From Candidatus Eiseniibacteriota bacterium (GTDB lineage: Bacteria > Eisenbacteria > RBG-16-71-46 > CAIMUX01 > VGJL01): a stretch of 64,000 bases of DNA. The position numbers and the translations under genes were made by a program. Shown here piece after piece: positions 58,485-64,000 of the stretch. Below the pieces are notes generated by a model. That model made no database searches. It was not told the DNA's origin and was given only the letters and a program-made list of their open reading frames with translations. The first letter of the stretch is position 1, and each line of letters begins with the position of its first letter. Where the stretch lies: contig CAWBWI010000001.1 in NCBI GenBank assembly GCA_963792585.1, forward strand, positions 928,001 to 992,000, given 5' to 3'.

Positions 58485-59198
58485 TCAGCGATCGTCCCGA
58501 TCGATGTAGTCCCGGATGTCGTAGACCGTCGTCTTCTTCCGCCGGCGCCGATGGAGCGGGCCCCAGGGGACGATCCAGAGGAAGAGCAGGCCGAAGAGGA
58601 TGCCACCCAGGTGGGCGAGGTGCGCGATGCCGCCCCCGTGGCCCTGTCCCCTGTCCATCACCGAGGGCAAGGAGGAGACGAATTCGAACGCGCCGAAGAT
58701 GATCACGAAGTACTTCGCCGGCATCGGGAAGAGGAACCAGATCAAGATCGGGCGGTTCGGCCAACGGATCGCGAAGGCCAGGAGCAGGCCGTAGATCGCG
58801 CCGCTCGCGCCCACGATCGGAGTGAAGGAGTGCGGCTGAAAGACCGCGTTCGTGATCCCGGCGCCGATCCCGGTGACGAAGTAGTACTGGAGGAAGCGCT
58901 TGGCGCCCCATTCATGCTCCAGCTCGCTGCCGAACATCCAGAGAGCCAGCATGTTGAAGAGGATGTGCATGAACGAGCCGTGCAGGAACATGTAGGTCAC
59001 GATCTGCCAGATGAACCCGTGAAAGAGCGCGGCCGGCACCAGGCCGAGGTATCCCAGTGCGAGCTCATAGAATGTCGGATTCAACTTCTCTGCGATCGTC
59101 ATGCCCAGGAAGAAGATCACGTTCCAGGCGATGAGAAGACGGACCATCGTCGAGAGGGACCCGCCAAGGGAGAACCCGCCGCCGCCCCGGTAGCTCAT
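58485..59198 (-). CDS. Rhomboid intramembrane serine protease
   Basis: WQIVTYMFLH, HILFNM, VGASGA (Ser), AHLAHLGG (His). Confidence 0.93.
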   Translation of the reverse strand: MSYRGGGGFSLGGSLSTMVRLLIAWNVIFFLGMTIAEKLNPTFYELALGYLGLVPAALFHGFIWQIVTYMFLHGSFMHILFNMLALWMFGSELEHEWGAKRFLQYYFVTGIGAGITNAVFQPHSFTPIVGASGAIYGLLLAFAIRWPNRPILIWFLFPMPAKYFVIIFGAFEFVSSLPSVMDRGQGHGGGIAHLAHLGGILFGLLFLWIVPWGPLHRRRRKKTTVYDIRDYIDRDDR

Positions 59199-59621
59199 GG
59201 CGTTGCGGGCTGCGCGCCGGACGAACCGGCCATCCCGTCGCGTCCCGCCGGGATGTCCCGGCCCATGTGGCAGTTACCCTGGAAGATCGCGCCGTCCTGG
59301 ATGCGGAAGGAGCGGGCATAGACGTCGCCGCGCAGGTGCGCTCCCGTCCGAAGCTCGAGGGCATCCCGGACGTGGACGTCGCCCTCGATCTTTCCGGCGA
59401 TTCGCGCCCGCTCGGCGGTCAAATCGCCCCGCACCGCATCCGCCCAGCTCGATCTCGACATCACCGGTCGCGGTCAGCCCCCCATCGATCTCGCCGAGGA
59501 CGCGGGCGCCGCCGCGAATCGTGACGTCCCCCTTGATCTTGCAGCCGGCCCCCAGGACCGTGTCGAAGGTCGCCGGCTCGACCGCAGCCGACTCCGTTCC
59601 CTTGGGTTTGCGAAACAACAC
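59195..59621 (-). CDS. Bactofilin (polymer-forming cytoskeletal protein; frameshift near 59450)
   Basis: TVLGAGCKIKGDV, GKIEGDV, LEL...LRGDV, IQDGAIFQGNCHM. Confidence 0.85.
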
Positions 59622-59661
59622 GGAACGCGCTCCTCCCCTGTCGATGCGATCGCTCGTCCTA

Positions 59662-61407
59662 CTACAAGACCTTCAGTACGACGAGAGTGACATCGTCCTG
59701 GGCCTTGCCCTCGCAGTGTTGCAGGATCTCCTCCTGCAATGCGAGCCGAATTTCGTGCGCGGTCCCCTCCCGGCGGGCCCGCACGGTCTCGACGAGCCGC
59801 TCCGTCCCGTACTCCTCGCCGGCCGCATTCACGCACTCGCTCGCCCCGTCGGTGTAGAGGACCAGATGATCTCCCGGGCCGAGCCGGAGTTGCGCCTCTT
59901 CGTGCACGGCCTCGGGGAACGAGCCGAGGATCAGGCCCCCCTCGGTGAGCCAGACGGCCTCCCCGTTCGCCCTGAGCAGGAACGGTGGATTGTGCCCGGC
60001 GTTGGAGTAGGTGAAGACCTTCCGTTGCAGGTCCAGGACCCCGTAGACGGCGGTGACGAACTGCTCCGGGTGGGTCGACTCGCAGAGCAGGCGGTTGACG
60101 TTGAAGAGAATCCTCTGAATCGCATACTCATTGCGGACTTCCGTACGCATTGCCGCCCGGAAGGCGGCAAGGATCAGCGCCGCCCCCATTCCCTTCCCCG
60201 CCACGTCGACGACCATGATCCCGAGCTGGCTCGCGTTGATCCGTATGAAATCGAATGAGTCACCACCGACCTCCGAGGAGGGGACGGTGCTCCCCGAGAT
60301 CTGGAATCCCGGTAATTCCGGGTCGGCCAGAGGAAGAAAGCTCTGCTGGATCCGCCTCGCCAGGTCCACCTCGTCCTGGAGTCGCTGCCGGGAGAGGACC
60401 TGCCGGTAGAGCCGGACACGGCCGACCGAGATCGCGGCCTGGTTTGCGAGAGACATCAGCAGGCGCACATCGCGCGGCCGGTAGGCGTCCCGGGTGTCGT
60501 TCTCCAGGGTGAAGGCGCCGATCACCTTGCCCACGTTGACCAGCGGAACGGTGACCTCGGAGAGGGTCGTTGGCCGCACGGGAACATAGCGGCGGTCCTT
60601 GGTGACGTCGGGGATGCGCAGCGCCTCGCCGGTCTTCACGACCCAGCCGACCGCGCCCTCCCCGACCATCAGGCGAAAGCTCTCCTCCGTGCCCGGCGGA
60701 TATCCGCGAACGCTCACCAGTTCGATCGCCGGCGGATCTCCTCGCACGAGGGAGATTCCGGCCGCGTTGTAGGGCAGGACCTCCCCGATCAGATCGAGGA
60801 TCAGCTCCAGGGTCTCGTCGAGGTCGATGGACTGGCTCAGCTTCAGGCCGATCCGGTAGATGATGTCATTGCCGGCCTTTTCTCTCTCGAGATCGCGATA
60901 CAGGAGGGCGTTTTCCAGCGCGACCGCGATCGGATCGGCGAGAGCGATCATCGTGAGCTGGTCCCGCTCGGTGAATCCGTCGGGCGAACGTTTGTTCAGA
61001 AGCTCGACGACGCCGACGACCCCGCGGCCGCGGTGGATGGGGACTCCGAGGACTGATCTTCCGCTGAAGCCCATGATCCGGTCGATCTCGTGCCGATACC
61101 GAAGGTCCTCCCGAAGATCGTTGACGATCGCCGGCCGGTCGTTCGCCGCAATCCAGCCTGCAAGCCCTTCATTCGGCCCCAGAAACAGGCGGCGGGCCTC
61201 CTCGTCGGAGCGGTTGAAGGCGACCTGGAACTCGAGGCGGCTCCTTTCCTCGTCCCAGATCAGGACATTGACCGCTTCGGCATCGACCGCCTCGAGGCAG
61301 ATCGCCCGGATCTCGGCGAGCAGCCGTTCCAGCTCGAGAGCCCGATTTAGGCGCCGCGACGCTTCGAAGAGGAACGAGATATCCGGAACGCGGTCCCGCA
61401 GCGCCAT
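59662..61407 (-). CDS. Double-GAF RsbU/SpoIIE PP2C phosphatase
   Basis: Two GAF domains (GLAGW...AVALENA; GAVGW...QAAISV); ARRIQQSFLP, VGGDSFD, DVAGKG, YTDG, DDVT. Confidence 0.92.
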   Translation of the reverse strand: MALRDRVPDISFLFEASRRLNRALELERLLAEIRAICLEAVDAEAVNVLIWDEERSRLEFQVAFNRSDEEARRLFLGPNEGLAGWIAANDRPAIVNDLREDLRYRHEIDRIMGFSGRSVLGVPIHRGRGVVGVVELLNKRSPDGFTERDQLTMIALADPIAVALENALLYRDLEREKAGNDIIYRIGLKLSQSIDLDETLELILDLIGEVLPYNAAGISLVRGDPPAIELVSVRGYPPGTEESFRLMVGEGAVGWVVKTGEALRIPDVTKDRRYVPVRPTTLSEVTVPLVNVGKVIGAFTLENDTRDAYRPRDVRLLMSLANQAAISVGRVRLYRQVLSRQRLQDEVDLARRIQQSFLPLADPELPGFQISGSTVPSSEVGGDSFDFIRINASQLGIMVVDVAGKGMGAALILAAFRAAMRTEVRNEYAIQRILFNVNRLLCESTHPEQFVTAVYGVLDLQRKVFTYSNAGHNPPFLLRANGEAVWLTEGGLILGSFPEAVHEEAQLRLGPGDHLVLYTDGASECVNAAGEEYGTERLVETVRARREGTAHEIRLALQEEILQHCEGKAQDDVTLVVLKVL

Positions 61408-62933
61408 CAGCGGCTCGCCTCCAGGATCTCCTCAGGGCTGCTCCCATCGGGCTCCGCCCAGACAGTTCGCCCCCCCACCGCGGTCCAACATACCCGGGCC
61501 GTACCCTCCAGGATGGCCCTCGGGAGGTCTCCCCCCGGAGCGTGGAGTACGGCGAGATCGGCGTTCATCCCCTGCCGGAGAGCATCGGATCCCGCCGTGG
61601 AATCGAGACCTCCGGTCGCGTAGGCCGCGATGGCCTCCGCTGCGGTGAGGCGTTCGGCCGGATCGGGATGCGCGAGCGCCCCGCGGATTCCTCCCAGCGG
61701 TCCGAAGGGCATCGTGTCGGAGCCGAACACGACGCGCGTGCTCCGGGCGGCGGTGCGGTACGGATTGAGAGCGCGGGCACGTTCGGAACCGAGGGCCCGC
61801 TCGTACATTCCATCAGGGCCCTGCCAGCGGGCCGTGAAGTTCGGCTGCATCGAGAGGACGACGCGAAGCCGGCGGGCGAGATCGACCGCAGCAAGGTCGA
61901 GTTCCTCCGCGTGCTCGATGCGGAGTTCCATTCCCTCGCGGCGACCGCCGAGCCGCCGGAACGCCTCCAGAGCCTGCTTCACCGCGCGCATTCCGATCGC
62001 GTGCAGGGCGATCGAGAAGCCCGCTTCGGTCCCCGCTCGAACCGCTCCCGCCAGGGCCTCGGTTTCCCAGAGGAGCAGGCCGTCGCCGGGCCGATCCTCG
62101 AACGGCCGGGCGACGGCAGCCGTCCGCGCCCCGATGGATCCGTCCAGGAAACCCTTCAGACCGAAGGTGCGCACAAAGGCCCCGTCATCCCCCGGCCGCA
62201 GGCCCATCGCCGCAACCGCTTCGAGCCTGTCGAGGGGGAAGAAGTGGCGCACCCGCAGTGCGAGGGATCCCTCCGCCTCCAGTTCCCTGAACGCTCGATA
62301 CGTCTCGATTCTTCCCATCTCGTCGATCGAGGCCACACCTTGGCGTGCCGCCTCGCGTTGGCCCTGGCGGGCCCCCTGCACATAGTCGGCGAATGGCGGG
62401 GTCCATTTCGCCGGCAGGCCCATGGCAAGGCTCTCGGTCATGGTCTGCGTGCGCGCATCGGCCTCGACGCCCGAGGGCGCCAGGAGAGACCACGCGACCG
62501 AGTTGACGACCACCAGATGGCCGTCCACGCGGCGAAGGCCTAGAGGACGGTCCGTCGAGAGCCGATCGAGGTCGGCGCCGGTGAGCGGGCGGGGATCGTC
62601 CCAGATCGACTCGTCCCATCCCTCCCCCAGTACGGGTCCGTCTCCGGGCCGGTCCCGCAGCCATCGAGCGGCCGCCTCGAGGGTACCCGCGCGCGTGGGA
62701 ATTCCGTCGAGCGACGGACCCTGCGCCGGACGGAAGGTCCCGATCAAGTGCGTGTGGTGATCATGAAACGCCGGGATCAGAATATGCTCCGCCGACAAGG
62801 TCCAACACGGACCTTCAACAGCCGCGTCCTGAATCCGCCCCTCAACGACGCAGATACGCCTTCGAGCGAAACGCTCTCCCGCAAGGCAGAGCCCTTCGAT
62901 CCGATAAGGTTTCTGGTGGCGCATCGTCGTCAA
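61407..62933 (-). CDS. Amidohydrolase_3 (YtcJ-like) metal-dependent hydrolase
   Basis: PAFHDHHTH, RVDGH, KGFLDGSIGARTA, HAIG, RIEHAE, FGSD. Confidence 0.88.
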   Translation of the reverse strand: MTTMRHQKPYRIEGLCLAGERFARRRICVVEGRIQDAAVEGPCWTLSAEHILIPAFHDHHTHLIGTFRPAQGPSLDGIPTRAGTLEAAARWLRDRPGDGPVLGEGWDESIWDDPRPLTGADLDRLSTDRPLGLRRVDGHLVVVNSVAWSLLAPSGVEADARTQTMTESLAMGLPAKWTPPFADYVQGARQGQREAARQGVASIDEMGRIETYRAFRELEAEGSLALRVRHFFPLDRLEAVAAMGLRPGDDGAFVRTFGLKGFLDGSIGARTAAVARPFEDRPGDGLLLWETEALAGAVRAGTEAGFSIALHAIGMRAVKQALEAFRRLGGRREGMELRIEHAEELDLAAVDLARRLRVVLSMQPNFTARWQGPDGMYERALGSERARALNPYRTAARSTRVVFGSDTMPFGPLGGIRGALAHPDPAERLTAAEAIAAYATGGLDSTAGSDALRQGMNADLAVLHAPGGDLPRAILEGTARVCWTAVGGRTVWAEPDGSSPEEILEASR

Positions 62934-62967
62934 GAGGATCCGTGCCGCTGCGCGGATCGACCGGCCT

Positions 62968-63333
62968 TCACTCGAGCCAGTAGAGAATCCGGCCGCAGTT
63001 TTCGCAGGTCAGCAGCCGCTCCGGGTCGCCGCTCGATGGGCTGACCGAGGTCGGAAGGGCCATGTAACACCCAAGGCAAATCCTGTCCTCGACGGGAACG
63101 ATCGCGCGGGGATGGCGCTTGACGATCCGGTCGAAGAGGCGCAGGTCGCGCGCGTCGACCTGGGTGCGCCACTTCTCGAGGACGGCCTTGAGTTTCTCGA
63201 TCCCCTGGAGATCGAAACCCATCGCTTCCTCGCGGCGCTTCGCGTGCTCGTCCTGGGCCTCGCGGACCATCATCTCGAGGTCTTGCAGGTGAGAGAGTCT
63301 CTGGAGGCGATCGATGAGACGGCTGTCAGACAT
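62968..63333 (-). CDS. Short C4-type zinc-ribbon protein (DUF164, CT398/HP0958-like)
   Basis: LQDLE N-terminus; AIVPV...CLGCYM...TCENCGRILY; ATG 63333 after GGGGGAG. Confidence 0.85.
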   Translation of the reverse strand: MSDSRLIDRLQRLSHLQDLEMMVREAQDEHAKRREEAMGFDLQGIEKLKAVLEKWRTQVDARDLRLFDRIVKRHPRAIVPVEDRICLGCYMALPTSVSPSSGDPERLLTCENCGRILYWLE

Positions 63334-63799
63334 CGTCTCCCCCTTCCAGAACCAGTCGTAGATCGCCGAACGTCGTGGCTTCGAGCAGGCGTTTGCGCGC
63401 CGAGGGCTCCTTGACGAGTTCCGCAATCTGACCTAACAACGGGAGGTACTCGTTGTTGCGGTCCTGAGGCGGCGCGACGATCAGGAAGAACAGATGAACC
63501 GGCTCTCCGTCCGGTGCTTCGAACTCGACGCCCTTCGCGTGGCGGGCAAAAAGGATCTTGATGCTCGAGATCGCGAGGCTCCGGCCGTGGGGAATCGCCA
63601 CGCCCGACCCGATCGCCGTTGACCCGAGGGACTCGCGCTTCTTGAGCATTTCGAGAAGCAGCTTCGAGTCACGGACCTCACGGTCCTGCGCGAGGCAATC
63701 GGCCAGTTCTTTGAGAATGCCATCCTTCGTCTTGGCGCGCAGATCCCGCACGAAGAAACGCTCGTCCAAATAGCGGAGAATCCTTGATGGTGCTGTCAT
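63326..63799 (-). CDS. ptsN: PTS EIIA, nitrogen/fructose type
   Basis: RESLGSTAIGSGVAIPHGR (phospho-His); FEAPDGEPVHLFFLI. Confidence 0.85.
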   Translation of the reverse strand: MTAPSRILRYLDERFFVRDLRAKTKDGILKELADCLAQDREVRDSKLLLEMLKKRESLGSTAIGSGVAIPHGRSLAISSIKILFARHAKGVEFEAPDGEPVHLFFLIVAPPQDRNNEYLPLLGQIAELVKEPSARKRLLEATTFGDLRLVLEGGDDV

Positions 63800-64000
63800 C
63801 GCAACCCTTCCGGCAGATCGAACCCCCTCGTCATCCCATCAGGAAACTTATCAGAGCACGATCGTCCCGGCAAGCTTCCGATCGTCAACGCGGCGTGTCA
63901 AAGCGAGCGATCGCGTCCGCTGAAATCCATCCCCGCAAACTCGCCGAGACCACAACTTCCTTCCAACCCTCGCGTTGCCGACCCAGGGATACCGGACTGC

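Noticed and set aside
63800..64000. Possible ncRNA or riboswitch upstream of ptsN
   Set aside because: No recognisable tRNA, SRP or riboswitch consensus, and the region is cut by the window edge. An Rfam search would be needed.

Overview
GC-rich (roughly two-thirds G+C by eye), gene-dense bacterial chromosomal window with about 48 genes. I found no rRNA, tRNA, CRISPR array, integrase or transposase. Many conserved genes are broken by clustered single-base frameshifts, which look like long-read indel errors rather than pseudogenes, so their coordinates are approximate. Contents in order: (1) an SOS region in which dinB and lexA each have a CGAAC-N4-GTTCG operator inside a sigma70 promoter spacer, with an orphan adenine methylase and a DksA-zinc-finger/PP2C fusion between them; (2) an lpdA-lipB-E1(alpha/beta fused)-E2-lipA 2-oxoacid dehydrogenase cluster; (3) secreted hydrolases, including two tandem Arg-gingipain-like C25 proteases; (4) a PerR-rubrerythrin-FeS oxidoreductase-DUF3501-ferredoxin operon; (5) an OppA-like lipoprotein coupled to a histidine kinase; (6) nadE, tryptophanase, dusB-cdd-deoC; (7) an operon of TonB-dependent receptor, PorV-like barrel, two lipoproteins and a CTD-bearing protein, followed by a nuclease-less tandem OB-fold secreted protein; (8) a ptsN-zinc ribbon-amidohydrolase-GAF/PP2C-bactofilin-rhomboid cluster. 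Six proteins share a C-terminal T9SS/FlgD-Ig-like sorting domain. This, with the PorV-like gene, suggests (inference only) an FCB-related candidate lineage such as Eisenbacteria or Latescibacteria. The best candidate for an undescribed system is the TBDR-PorV-lipoprotein-CTD locus at about 47.9-58.4 kb.
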